Positions 8,993-18,844 of a stretch of DNA of 64,000 nt are shown here, in pieces. Source of the DNA: an uncultured Methylobacillus sp. GTDB lineage: Bacteria > Pseudomonadota > Gammaproteobacteria > Burkholderiales > Methylophilaceae. The stretch lies in the NCBI GenBank assembly GCA_903824575.1, contig CAIJXJ010000164.1:303-64302 (forward strand), written 5' to 3'. The position numbers were made by a program, and so were the translations under genes. Positions within the stretch are counted from its first letter, which is position 1. Each line of letters opens with the position of its first letter. The notes beneath the pieces are model-generated. The model was not told the origin of the DNA and searched no databases. It worked only from the letters and a program-made list of their open reading frames with translations.

Positions 8993-10441
8993 TCAAACAA
9001 GTCCGGCGATCATCGCCAGACCCCAGCCCACACCGAAACCGTTGATCTCGCTCGCGACGGCACCGAGTCCGCCCTTGCGGCTGTAGGAGGAAAGATCGAC
9101 ATGTAGCCAGGGCGTATCGTGCTCAATGAATTTAGACAGGAAACGTGCGGCCAGGATATGGTCTGCTTCCCCCTCCAACGTGCATTGCTTGATATCGGCG
9201 ATGTCGGAGTCAAGTTCGCTGTCGTAATCGGCATCGAACGGAAAGGCACACAGGCGCTCGCCCACCGCGTGGCTCACGCCAATAGCCCGGCACAAGGCTT
9301 CCGGCTGGTTGCCAAGGATGCCACTGTAACGATTGCCCAATGCGGTCGCCATGCTGCCGGTCAGGGTCGCAAAATCAATCATCAGGTCGGGTTTTTCACG
9401 CGAGGCCAGCGTCAGCGTGTCGGCCAGTACCATGCGGCCTTCGGCATCGGTGTGAATAATCTCGATACTGGTGCCGTTGAGGGCGGTGACCACATCATTC
9501 TGCTTGTAAGCCTGGGGACTGATGTGATTCTGGGCGATGGCCAGCCAGCAGTCTATCCTGACCGGCAATCCGGCCTCGCTTGCCGCCAACAGGATGCCGA
9601 GGCTCACGGCAGAACCGTTCATGTCATGATGCATGCCGTGCATGTAGCGCGCGGGCTTGAGGTTATGACCGCCGGTGTCGAAGCAGATGCCCTTGCCCAC
9701 CAGCGCCACGGTCTTGTTCGCCTTCTTTGGTATATAGCTCAGATGCACGATGGCAGCATCCGCCGGTTCCGAACCTTGGGCCACGGCGACAAAGGCCCCG
9801 GCGCCCATCCGTCGCAACTTCTTCAAGTCAAACTCTTCCACCTGCCAGCCCTGTTTTTCCGCCAGTGTCCGCACAAAATCACGATACAGCGCAGGCGTAA
9901 GCTCATTGGCCGGCAACCGGGTCAGACTGCGCGCCAGCAGATTGCCTTCCGCCCGCGCCGCGAGGTGCGCCATTCCATCTGTAGCTTTGTACCCGAACAG
10001 ACGGATTTTGGAGAGCGCCCACGTCTTGTCTTTCTTCTTACGCGTAGGCAGCGTGGTGCCGTTGACCCATGCGCAATAAACGGCGGCCTCAGCAGCCAGC
10101 GTTCGCTCATCCTTGCCGCCATAGACCGCAATGGCAATCGTTTCCGGTTGCTCCTTCAGCAGCGGCTCCAGTGCGCCACAGAGCGACGCATGGCGCTCGA
10201 AAGTCGATTGCCCTGACCGAAGCACCACCCACGCTACATGGCCTCCGCCCGGCAAATCAGCATGCAGCGGCGTCTTGCTCAAGGCCTCAAAGCTGGTCTT
10301 GCCACGCTTCATTCGCGCGTCCAGCAATTCGCCACAGGGCACCTCCAGAAACTTTTCCGGCAGGATGAACAGCAGGTGCGAGGCTTTCTTGATGGCCTCC
10401 GATGTGATGGATTTGGAGTCTTGTATCAGTTTCGCTGCCAT
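8993..10441 (-). CDS. M17 family leucyl aminopeptidase-like protein
   Basis: VGKGICFDTGGHNLKP, HDMNGSA and HTDAEGRMVLAD match the M17 metal-binding and catalytic motifs. Confidence 0.8.
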   Translation of the reverse strand: MAAKLIQDSKSITSEAIKKASHLLFILPEKFLEVPCGELLDARMKRGKTSFEALSKTPLHADLPGGGHVAWVVLRSGQSTFERHASLCGALEPLLKEQPETIAIAVYGGKDERTLAAEAAVYCAWVNGTTLPTRKKKDKTWALSKIRLFGYKATDGMAHLAARAEGNLLARSLTRLPANELTPALYRDFVRTLAEKQGWQVEEFDLKKLRRMGAGAFVAVAQGSEPADAAIVHLSYIPKKANKTVALVGKGICFDTGGHNLKPARYMHGMHHDMNGSAVSLGILLAASEAGLPVRIDCWLAIAQNHISPQAYKQNDVVTALNGTSIEIIHTDAEGRMVLADTLTLASREKPDLMIDFATLTGSMATALGNRYSGILGNQPEALCRAIGVSHAVGERLCAFPFDADYDSELDSDIADIKQCTLEGEADHILAARFLSKFIEHDTPWLHVDLSSYSRKGGLGAVASEINGFGVGWGLAMIAGLV

Positions 10442-10627
10442 ATTGTTCCTTACTAATGTTCTGTGATCGATCCAGCCAGTCCCGGCTCGAATGACACTTC
10501 TCCACGAGCATAACAGCTACCGCCCTGAGTCAGCCAGCGTCAACCACGGCCGACTTAAAAACTGGTAGCATGAATCTCAAGATGCAATGAGCATGAACCT
10601 CGCCCAAACCATGAAAGCCAGCCTTAA

Positions 10628-11806
10628 ATGCGTGTCAACACCCTCAGATTTGTCCTCCTGTTCCGGCTGGCCAATGTTCATTTGCTAAAAGACGTTGGCA
10701 TGATCCCCTACCTGCTGGGCAAGCTGCCGGGATGGGAGACAAAAATAGTCGGCCAGCAGTTGGACAGTGATTACCCTTACCTCAAGGATCCACTGCCCGA
10801 TCTGGCGGTCACTTTCCTGACCGGAAAAAGCGGAGGTAAACCCGGCCCGGGAACTTGGGGCTGGCTGTGGAACAACGCCAAAAACATCGACGTACTGATG
10901 CTGTTTCACATCAGCACATCAACCATCTATCAGGTGCTGCTCTACAAACTGCGCCACCCGCGTGGCTACGCCTATGTCAAAGCAGATCTGGCTAGCGAGC
11001 GCATCGGCTATGCGACATGGGGTGGCCGCAACCTTTTCACCCAATTCAGGCGGCGCCTGCTGTTTTCCTTATTCGTAAAACAGGTGGATCTGGTTTCGTT
11101 CGAATGCCAACGCGCGTTTGAAAGCGTGACCATCATTCCGGCAAACAAGAAAATGCTTCTCCCCAACGGGGTCTGGCGGGGCCTGAGCCAGCGCCTTGGC
11201 GTCGAGCTAAAGCCCTTCGATCAAAAGAAGAATCGCATCCTGCTGGTGGCGAGGCACGGCACGCACCAGAAAAACAGCGAACTCATGCTTGAAGCGCTGG
11301 ATCACATCCCGCCAGAGGCTTTGCAGGGCTGGGAGATTCTTTTGGCAGGGTCCGCCACCGAAGATTTTCTGCTGCAACTTGCGCAATACCAGCAACAGCA
11401 CGGCCAGCACATCCATTATCTGGGGGAAATTCTGGATCGAAAACAACTGCTGGAGTTGTACCAATCAGCCAAGATCTTTGTCATGCCTTCCCGGGGCGAG
11501 AGCTGGGGGATCGCCTGCTGCGAAGCGCTATATTTTGGCAATGTGGCCGTGGTGACGCAGGAATTGCCCTCCTCACCAGACCTGACCGACCACGGACGGG
11601 CCGGACTGACATTCCCCAACGAGAATGCACAGGAACTAGCCAGGCAGCTCACATCCCTGCTTGAAAATCCACGGCGATTACTACAAATGTCTGATCACGC
11701 CTGCACCTATGCTGCACGGAATTTCACCTGGGAGGACATCGTGCAAGGCCTGGGAGAACGCATCCGGCGCGATCTTGGCGCAAGGGATCAGGCGCCGGTG
11801 GTTTGA
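10628..11806 (+). CDS. glycosyltransferase, GT-B fold (family 1/4-like)
   Basis: The C-terminal half has FVMPSRGESWGIACCEALYFGNVAV, an E-x7-E-like GT4 motif. Start uncertain. Confidence 0.6.
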   Translation: MRVNTLRFVLLFRLANVHLLKDVGMIPYLLGKLPGWETKIVGQQLDSDYPYLKDPLPDLAVTFLTGKSGGKPGPGTWGWLWNNAKNIDVLMLFHISTSTIYQVLLYKLRHPRGYAYVKADLASERIGYATWGGRNLFTQFRRRLLFSLFVKQVDLVSFECQRAFESVTIIPANKKMLLPNGVWRGLSQRLGVELKPFDQKKNRILLVARHGTHQKNSELMLEALDHIPPEALQGWEILLAGSATEDFLLQLAQYQQQHGQHIHYLGEILDRKQLLELYQSAKIFVMPSRGESWGIACCEALYFGNVAVVTQELPSSPDLTDHGRAGLTFPNENAQELARQLTSLLENPRRLLQMSDHACTYAARNFTWEDIVQGLGERIRRDLGARDQAPVV

Positions 11807-11873
11807 CGATGGCAACGCCGTCAAGGATACTGCGCGCCAACGGGTTGTTCGACTCACGAACTCAGGATTTGCC

Positions 11874-12656
11874 ATGACCATTACCTTCGCCACCTCAGTC
11901 TGGGAAAATGACTGGGAGTTTCTGCTCAAGACCGACCGCTTGGAGCAGGCCATCGCTCGCTGTCATTATCCGTTCACGGAAAAGGTTCTGTTCATCACCA
12001 ACGTCCGGAACCGGCAACAGGTCTCAACGCACGCCGATCAACTGGTGCAACGGGGCATCATCGACCGTTTCATTTTCGTCGATGAATACGCCCAACAGGC
12101 TCTGGATTCTCTCAACATCTCGCAGCAGTCGGCTGCCCCTGGCTATTACTACTCGATCGCCGATTATGTTTCCATCTATTGTTGCCGGACCGAGTACTTG
12201 CTGCAGTTCAAGGGAGACTCCATGGTCGAACCAGACGCGCCGCAAGACTGGCTGAGACGTGGCATTAAGCTGCTGGAAACCCGACCTGACATCAAGGTAT
12301 TCAACCTGTGCTGGAATCACATGGTGGATGCCGCCCGGGTCGAGTCCCTGTCTGAGACCGGGGATTGCTTTCTCGGCTATGGTTTTTCCGACCAGATGTA
12401 TCTGGTCCGCGCACAGGAATTCAAGCAAACGATCTACGACCAGGACCATCCGGCCTCAAGCAGATATCCCAGCTACGGTGGCCGGGCGTTCGAGCGGCGG
12501 GTGGATTCCTGGATGAGGAACAACCAGTTTCTGCGTGCGACGTTCAAACATGGCAGCTATTTGCACAAGAATTTTCCGAAAAATCTGTTCAAAAGAAAGA
12601 TCATGCTGGCAATCCTTAAATTCAGAAGCAGAAATGGCGCCTCGCAGCCGGAATGA
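11874..12656 (+). CDS. hypothetical protein, no recognisable family
   Basis: 260-aa ORF from inner ATG 11874 (MTITFATSVWENDWEF...). Same strand as, and immediately after, the glycosyltransferase. No motif recognised. Confidence 0.45.
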   Translation: MTITFATSVWENDWEFLLKTDRLEQAIARCHYPFTEKVLFITNVRNRQQVSTHADQLVQRGIIDRFIFVDEYAQQALDSLNISQQSAAPGYYYSIADYVSIYCCRTEYLLQFKGDSMVEPDAPQDWLRRGIKLLETRPDIKVFNLCWNHMVDAARVESLSETGDCFLGYGFSDQMYLVRAQEFKQTIYDQDHPASSRYPSYGGRAFERRVDSWMRNNQFLRATFKHGSYLHKNFPKNLFKRKIMLAILKFRSRNGASQPE

Positions 12657-12820
12657 TCTCCCTTTTCACAGCGCAGCGGGTGCCGCAAACTTGACCGCAA
12701 GGCTCAAAATGGCGAAGATAACACCTTAAAGTTTGCTGCTGCCTGTTACAGGTTCGCGGCATTCGGCGAAGCTGGTACAGGGCTTGCCGAGTCATCAAAG
12801 CATTTCTGGAGATTCACCCC

Positions 12821-15487
12821 ATGGCACTCACCCCCGACATTGACCCGCAGGAAACGCAAGAATGGCTGGACGCCATCGATGCGGTGCTGGAACAGGAAGG
12901 TCCTGAACGCGCGCATTTCTTGCTGGAAACACTGATCGACAAGTCACGTCGAAGCGGCGCTTATCTGCCGTTCAACGCCACCACCGCCTACGTCAACACC
13001 ATTCCGACGCACCAGCAGGCCAAGCTGCCGGGGGACCCGTCCATGGAGCGCCGCATCCGAGCGCTGATCCGCTGGAATGCCATTGCCTGCGTCATGCGCG
13101 CCAACGAAAAATCTCCCGGCGTCGGCGGCCATATCGCCAGCTTCCAGTCAGCAGCAACGCTCTATGACGTCGGCTTCAACCATTTTTTCCGCGCCGCCAC
13201 CGATAATTTCGGCGGTGACCTGGTGCTGTTTCAAGGCCATTCATCCCCAGGCATCTACGCCCGCGCCTTCGTCGAGGGCCGCATTTCCGAAGCCCAGATG
13301 GAAAATTTTCGCATGGAAACCGGCGGCAACGGCCTGCCGTCCTACCCACATCCATGGCTGATGCCTGATTTCTGGCAATTCCCCACCGTATCGATGGGCC
13401 TCGGTCCGTTACAGGGGATCTACACCGCACGCTTCCTCAAATATCTACACGACCGCGGCATTGCCGACACTTCCGGCCGCAAGGTCTGGGTATTCTGCGG
13501 CGACGGCGAAATGGACGAGCCGGAATCGCTAGGCGCCATCTCATTGGCAGCGCGCGAGAAACTGGACAACCTCATTTTTGTCGTCAATTGCAACCTGCAG
13601 CGCCTGGATGGCCCGGTACGCGGCAACGGCAAGATCATCCAGGAACTGGAGGCTGCCTTCCGTGGCTCCGGCTGGAACGCGCTCAAGGTGATCTGGGGTT
13701 CGTACTGGGATCCGCTCCTGGCCATGGACAGCAAAGGTTTACTGCGTCAACGCATGGAAGAGGCGGTTGATGGCGAATATCAGAACTTCAAGGCCAAAGG
13801 CGGCGCCTACACCCGCGAGCATTTCTTCGGCAAGTATCCGGAACTGAAAGAAATGGTCGCAGCCATGTCCGACCAGGACATCTGGCGCCTCAACCGTGGC
13901 GGCCACGATCCGCACAAGGTGTTCGCCGCCTACGACGCTGCCGTCAAGCATGTCGGCCAGCCTACCGTTATCTTGGCCAAGACGGTGAAGGGTTACGGTA
14001 TGGGTGCCTCCGGCGAGGCACTCAATCCTTCGCATCAGGCCAAGGGCCTGGACCATGAATCGCTTCGCGCCTTCCGCGACCGCTTCGAAATTCCGATCAG
14101 TGATGCCGATCTGGAAAAGCTACCGTTCTACCGTCCAGCAGAAGACAGCCCGGAAATGCAATACCTGCGCGCCAGTCGCGCCGCACTGGGCGGCTATCTG
14201 CCGTCGCGCCGACGCAAGGGTAATGCTTTGGAAACTCCGCCCTTGTCGGCCTTCGACAACCTGCTGGGGGCCACCGGCGAGCGTGAAATCTCCACCACCA
14301 TGGCCTTCGTGCGTATCCTCGCCACCCTGGTCAAGGACAAGAGCATCGGCAAGTTTGTGGTGCCCATCGTGCCGGACGAGGCGCGCACCTTCGGCATGGA
14401 AGGAATGTTCCGCCAGTTGGGTATCTATTCCTCCGCCGGCCAACTGTATGAACCGGTGGATTCCGACCAGGTGATGTATTACAAGGAATCGAAGAGCGGA
14501 CAAATCCTGGAAGAGGGCATCAACGAAGCTGGTGCGTTCTCGTCCTGGCTGGCCGCAGCAACCTCCTACAGCGTCACCGGTGTGCAGATGATCCCGTTCT
14601 ACATCTACTACTCGATGTTCGGCTTCCAGCGCATCGGCGACCTGGCTTGGGCCGCCGGCGATTCGCGTGCACGTGGCTTTTTACTCGGCGCCACCGCCGG
14701 TCGCACCACTCTGAATGGCGAAGGCCTGCAACACGAGGACGGCCACAGCCACCTGATGGCCGCCACAATACCAAACTGTATTGCCTACGACCCGACCTTC
14801 GCGTTCGAAGTCGCCGTCATCATCCAGGACGGCCTGCGCCGCATGGTAAAGGAACAGCAGGACGTGTTCTATTACCTGACCCTGATGAACGAAAATTACA
14901 GTCATCCGGAAATCCCCAAGGGCGCGGAGGCGGGCATCATCAAGGGCCTTTATCTACTGCAAAAATCCAAGACAAAAGCCAGTGCAAAGACGCCCAAAGT
15001 CCAACTCATGGGCAGCGGCGTTATTCTGCGCGAAATCATCGCGGCCGCCGAACTGCTGGAGCAGGACTGGGGAGTTGCTTCTGATGTATGGAGCGCCCCG
15101 AGCTTCAACGAACTGCGCCGCGAAGGTCTGGACACGCATCGCTGGAACATGTTGCATCCGGACCAGACGCAGAAACTCTCCTATGTTGAACAATGCCTGA
15201 AAGATGCAGACGGCCCGGTCATCGCCTCCACCGACTACATGAAGGCATTCGCAGACCAGATTCGCGATTTCGTGCCGCAACGTTACGTCACTCTCGGCAC
15301 CGACGGTTTCGGCCGCTCGGATTCGCGCGAGGCGTTGCGCCGCCACTTCGAGATCGACCGCCACTACATCGTGCTGGCCGCCCTCAAGGCACTGGCTGAC
15401 GATGGCAAGCTGCCCGCGTCCAAGGCGGCGGAAGCAATTCTGAAATACGGCATCGCCGCCGACAAGCCTAATCCTTTGACCGTATGA
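12821..15487 (+). CDS. aceE: pyruvate dehydrogenase E1 component (homodimeric type)
   Basis: 888 aa. Characteristic N-terminus DPQETQEWLDAIDAVLE, ThDP-binding GDGEMDEPES and operon context. Confidence 0.95.
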   Translation: MALTPDIDPQETQEWLDAIDAVLEQEGPERAHFLLETLIDKSRRSGAYLPFNATTAYVNTIPTHQQAKLPGDPSMERRIRALIRWNAIACVMRANEKSPGVGGHIASFQSAATLYDVGFNHFFRAATDNFGGDLVLFQGHSSPGIYARAFVEGRISEAQMENFRMETGGNGLPSYPHPWLMPDFWQFPTVSMGLGPLQGIYTARFLKYLHDRGIADTSGRKVWVFCGDGEMDEPESLGAISLAAREKLDNLIFVVNCNLQRLDGPVRGNGKIIQELEAAFRGSGWNALKVIWGSYWDPLLAMDSKGLLRQRMEEAVDGEYQNFKAKGGAYTREHFFGKYPELKEMVAAMSDQDIWRLNRGGHDPHKVFAAYDAAVKHVGQPTVILAKTVKGYGMGASGEALNPSHQAKGLDHESLRAFRDRFEIPISDADLEKLPFYRPAEDSPEMQYLRASRAALGGYLPSRRRKGNALETPPLSAFDNLLGATGEREISTTMAFVRILATLVKDKSIGKFVVPIVPDEARTFGMEGMFRQLGIYSSAGQLYEPVDSDQVMYYKESKSGQILEEGINEAGAFSSWLAAATSYSVTGVQMIPFYIYYSMFGFQRIGDLAWAAGDSRARGFLLGATAGRTTLNGEGLQHEDGHSHLMAATIPNCIAYDPTFAFEVAVIIQDGLRRMVKEQQDVFYYLTLMNENYSHPEIPKGAEAGIIKGLYLLQKSKTKASAKTPKVQLMGSGVILREIIAAAELLEQDWGVASDVWSAPSFNELRREGLDTHRWNMLHPDQTQKLSYVEQCLKDADGPVIASTDYMKAFADQIRDFVPQRYVTLGTDGFGRSDSREALRRHFEIDRHYIVLAALKALADDGKLPASKAAEAILKYGIAADKPNPLTV

Positions 15488-15488
15488 T

Positions 15489-15578
15489 TTTAACCATGGG
15501 GAACACGGAGAACATGGGGATGATCGCTAATGTTTTCCCCCGCAGCCACCGTGGCCCCCGTGGTTCAAGAGGTTTTTT
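15489..15578 (+). repeat. copy 1 of the duplicated PDH leader (aceE-aceF spacer)
   Basis: Shares GGGGAACACGGAGAACAyGGGG ... CCCCGTGGTTCAAGAGGTTTTTTATGAGCCAGA with 16912-16997. Confidence 0.85.
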
Positions 15579-16910
15579 ATGAGCCAGACCATAGAAGTTC
15601 AAGTTCCAGACATCGGCAATTTCGAATCCGTCGATGTCATCGAAGTGCATATCAAGGCCGGTGACACCATTAATGCCGACGACTCGCTCATCACGGTGGA
15701 GTCAGACAAAGCCTCCATGGACATTCCGGCGCCGTTTGCCGGCACCGTTCGTGAAGTGAAGCTCAATGTCGGCGACAAGGTGTCCCAAGGCGTACTGATT
15801 GCGCTGGTTGAAGCGAGTGAAGGTGGATCCACAACAGCGCCTACGCCCTTGGCCACTCCGACTCCGGCACCCGCCGCTGCCGTCCTTCCAGAAATTCCCC
15901 CGCCTTCGCGTCCGATACCGGAAGTGCCAAAACCGATTGCCCCGCAAGACACCCCAAATCCCGTGGCGGCCCGCGTGGAATTCGTGCCGGGCAAGAATCC
16001 GCACGCAAGCCCTTCCGTACGCAAGTTTGCACGCGAACTGGGTGCCGACCTGACGCGGATCAGCGGTAGCGGCCCCAAGAGTCGCATCGCCAAGGAGGAC
16101 GTAACGGCCTGGATCAAGAATGAACTGGCCCGCCCCCGCATTGAGGCTGGCAGCAGCGGCAATGGCCTCGCCGTGCTGGCCATGCCGGCCATCGATTTCA
16201 GTCAATTCGGCGCGACTGAAACACGTCCCATGTCGCGCATCAAGAAACTGTCGGGAGCCAATCTCCACCGTAACTGGGTCACGGCACCGCATGTCACCCA
16301 GTTTGACAACGCCGACATCACCGATCTGGAAGACTTCCGGAAATCCATGCAGGACGACGCCAATAAACGGGGCGTCAAGCTCACCATGCTGGCCTTCCTG
16401 ATGAAGGCCGTGGTCAACGCGTTGCGTACCTACCCCAACTTTAACGCCTCGCTCTCGCCTAGCGGCGACGAACTGATCCTGAAACAGTATTTCAACGTCG
16501 GCTTCGCCTGCGACACGCCGGATGGCCTGGTGGTTCCGGTAATCCGCGACGTCAACCAAAAGGATGTGATGGATATCGCGCGCGAACTCGGTGAACTGTC
16601 AGCTAAGGCACGTGAACGCAAACTGAAAGTCGAGGACATGCAAGGCGGGTGCTTCACCATCTCCAGCTTGGGTGGCATCGGCGGCACCATGTTCACGCCC
16701 ATCATCAACTGCCCGGAAGTCGCCATCCTCGGCTTGTCGCGCGCCTCGGTCGAACCGGTGTGGGATGCGAAAGCCAAGAGCTTCGAGCCGCGCCTGATGT
16801 TGCCGTTGTCGCTATCCTACGACCACCGCGTCATTGATGGTGCTGACGGCGCGAGATTCACCAGTCATTTGCGCATGATGCTATCCGACGTGCGCCGTTT
16901 GCTGCTTTAA
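15579..16910 (+). CDS. aceF: dihydrolipoamide acetyltransferase E2, single lipoyl domain
   Basis: Lipoyl attachment motif ESDKASMD, Ala/Pro linker, E3-binding domain (PSVRKFARELG) and catalytic DHRVIDGA. Confidence 0.95.
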   Translation: MSQTIEVQVPDIGNFESVDVIEVHIKAGDTINADDSLITVESDKASMDIPAPFAGTVREVKLNVGDKVSQGVLIALVEASEGGSTTAPTPLATPTPAPAAAVLPEIPPPSRPIPEVPKPIAPQDTPNPVAARVEFVPGKNPHASPSVRKFARELGADLTRISGSGPKSRIAKEDVTAWIKNELARPRIEAGSSGNGLAVLAMPAIDFSQFGATETRPMSRIKKLSGANLHRNWVTAPHVTQFDNADITDLEDFRKSMQDDANKRGVKLTMLAFLMKAVVNALRTYPNFNASLSPSGDELILKQYFNVGFACDTPDGLVVPVIRDVNQKDVMDIARELGELSAKARERKLKVEDMQGGCFTISSLGGIGGTMFTPIINCPEVAILGLSRASVEPVWDAKAKSFEPRLMLPLSLSYDHRVIDGADGARFTSHLRMMLSDVRRLLL

Positions 16911-16911
16911 A

Positions 16912-16997
16912 TAATTAACCACGGGGAACACGGAGAACACGGGGAAATCCATTAAACCCCGTGCGCCCCAAGCGCCCCGTGGTTCAAGAGGTTTTTT
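16912..16997 (+). repeat. copy 2 of the duplicated PDH leader (aceF-lpdA spacer), with internal hairpin CACGGGG-N12-CCCCGTG
   Basis: Same blocks as copy 1. The similarity continues into the first ~130 nt of both coding regions. Confidence 0.85.
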
Positions 16998-18785
16998 ATG
17001 AGCCAGATCATTGAAGTTCAAGTCCCCGACATCGGCAATTTTGAATCCGTCGATGTCATCGAAGTCCACATCAAGCCGGGCGACATCGTCAATATCGACG
17101 ACTCGCTGATCACGGTCGAGTCCGACAAGGCGTCAATGGATATTCCATCCTCCCATGCCGGCACGGTCAAGATCGTATCTCTCAAGGTCGGAGACAAGGT
17201 GTCGATGGGATCCCTCATTTTGACGCTGGAAATGCAGGGGCTAGGGACTGGAGACTCGGGACTCGGGAAAACCGCATCCAACCCGCCCCCCGCTACGCCC
17301 TCAGTCCTCAGTCCTGAGTCCTCAGTCCTCGCCGCCCCCTCAGCACCAATCGGCTCCGCCGATTTACACGCCGAAGTGCTGGTGCTCGGTGCCGGCCCAG
17401 GCGGTTATACAGCAGCCTTTCGCGCCGCCGATCTCGGCCGACAAGTAGTTTTGATCGAACGCTATCCAACGCTCGGCGGCGTCTGCCTCAATGTCGGCTG
17501 TATCCCGTCCAAGGCACTGCTGCACGCCGCCAAGGTCATCACCGAAGCCGAGGAAATGTCCGAGCACGGCATCAGCTTCGGCCCACCCAAGATTGATATT
17601 GCCAAGCTCAAAGCCTGGAAGGAAAAGGACGTAGTGGGCAAGCTCACCGGGGGCTTAGGCGCATTGGCCAAGGTGCGCAACGTCACCGTGGTGCACGGTC
17701 GCGGCGAATTCACTTCCCCCAATACGCTTCAGGTCACGAACACTGATGGCAAAGTCACGTTGATTTCCTTCGATCACGCCATCATTGCCGCCGGGTCACA
17801 GGCGACCAAGATGCCGGGGCTGGCACCGGAACACAAAGACGATCCGCGCATCATGGATTCCACTGGCGCGCTGGCGCTCGCTGATATTCCGAAGCGCCTG
17901 CTGGTGATCGGCGGCGGTATCATCGGCCTGGAGATGGGCACAGCTTACGACGCCTTCGGTTCCAAGGTATCCGTGGTCGAGCTTGGCGATGGCCTCATCC
18001 CCGGCTGCGACCGCGACCTGGTGAAGCCGTTGCACAAACGCATGGAGAAACGCTTCGAACAGATCCTGCTCAAGACCAAGGTTTCCAAACTGGAGCCGAA
18101 AAAAGACGGCATCCATGTCAGCTTCGATGGCGAGGGCGCACCCGGCAACCAAGTCTTTGATCGCGTGCTGGTCGCCATCGGCCGCCGCCCTAATGGCAAA
18201 AATATCGGCGCAGAAAAGGCCGGTGTGGGGGTGAACGAGCAAGGCTTCATTCCGGTCGATAAGCAGCAGCGCACCAACGTAGCGCACATCTATGCCATCG
18301 GTGACATCGTCGGCCAACCCATGCTAGCGCACAAGGCCACGCACGAAGCCAAGGTGGCGGCAGAAGTCATTAGTGGCCACAAGGTAGAGTTCCAGGCACT
18401 GGCCATTCCTTCGGTCGCCTATACCGACCCGGAAGTCGCATGGGCAGGCCTCACCGAAACGGATGCCAAAGCACAAGGTATCGCCATCGAAAAGGCCAGC
18501 TTCCCCTGGGTCGCCAGCGGCCGCGCACTGTCTATCGGCCGCACCGAAGGGGCCACCAAACTTATCATGGAGCCGGGCACGCATCGCATCTTAGGCGCCG
18601 GCATCGTCGGCCCCAACGCCGGCGAACTGCTGGCCGAAGCGGTACTGGCGATTGAGATGGGGGCGGACGCCGAAGATCTCGGCCTCTCCATTCATGCCCA
18701 CCCAACCTTGTCTGAGACTGTGTGCTTCGCAGCCGAAATGGCAGAAGGCACGATTACTGACTTGCCACCACCGAAGAAACGCTAA
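16998..18785 (+). CDS. lpdA: dihydrolipoyl dehydrogenase E3 with N-terminal lipoyl domain
   Basis: N-terminal lipoyl domain (ESDKASMD), then GAGPGGY and the redox CLNVGCIPSK, with C-terminal HAHPTLSE. 595 aa, the fused architecture I recall from Neisseria and Ralstonia. Confidence 0.95.
   Translation: MSQIIEVQVPDIGNFESVDVIEVHIKPGDIVNIDDSLITVESDKASMDIPSSHAGTVKIVSLKVGDKVSMGSLILTLEMQGLGTGDSGLGKTASNPPPATPSVLSPESSVLAAPSAPIGSADLHAEVLVLGAGPGGYTAAFRAADLGRQVVLIERYPTLGGVCLNVGCIPSKALLHAAKVITEAEEMSEHGISFGPPKIDIAKLKAWKEKDVVGKLTGGLGALAKVRNVTVVHGRGEFTSPNTLQVTNTDGKVTLISFDHAIIAAGSQATKMPGLAPEHKDDPRIMDSTGALALADIPKRLLVIGGGIIGLEMGTAYDAFGSKVSVVELGDGLIPGCDRDLVKPLHKRMEKRFEQILLKTKVSKLEPKKDGIHVSFDGEGAPGNQVFDRVLVAIGRRPNGKNIGAEKAGVGVNEQGFIPVDKQQRTNVAHIYAIGDIVGQPMLAHKATHEAKVAAEVISGHKVEFQALAIPSVAYTDPEVAWAGLTETDAKAQGIAIEKASFPWVASGRALSIGRTEGATKLIMEPGTHRILGAGIVGPNAGELLAEAVLAIEMGADAEDLGLSIHAHPTLSETVCFAAEMAEGTITDLPPPKKR
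17237..17330 (+). repeat. two mutually reverse-complementary heptamer arrays inside the lpdA linker: (GGGACTC-like)x5 at 17237-17271 and (CCTCAGT)x4 at 17299-17326
   Basis: ggggcta gggactg gagactc gggactc gggaaaa ... cctcagt cctcagt cctgagt cctcagt. They encode QGLGTGDSGLGK and PSVLSPESSVL. Confidence 0.85.
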
Positions 18786-18844
18786 CGTTTTGATGCGGTT
18801 ATGTTAGATTAACGGCAACAATAAGGTGCGTATGCTGGTTCGCG

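Noticed and set aside
15468-15650. Two similar 60-62-aa minus-strand ORFs (15468-15650 and 16881-17069: M.FDDIDGF.IADV..LNF..LAHKKPLEPRG...) that could be taken for a conserved small gene family.
   Set aside because: They are antisense images of the duplicated PDH leader plus lipoyl-domain 5' ends. Their similarity comes from the sense-strand duplication, and they lack ribosome-binding sites.
16975-16995. GGTTCAAGAGG upstream of aceF and lpdA resembles a tRNA T-loop (GGTTCGAAT).
   Set aside because: No acceptor, D or anticodon stems can be drawn around it. It is the Shine-Dalgarno region (AAGAGG) of the duplicated leader.
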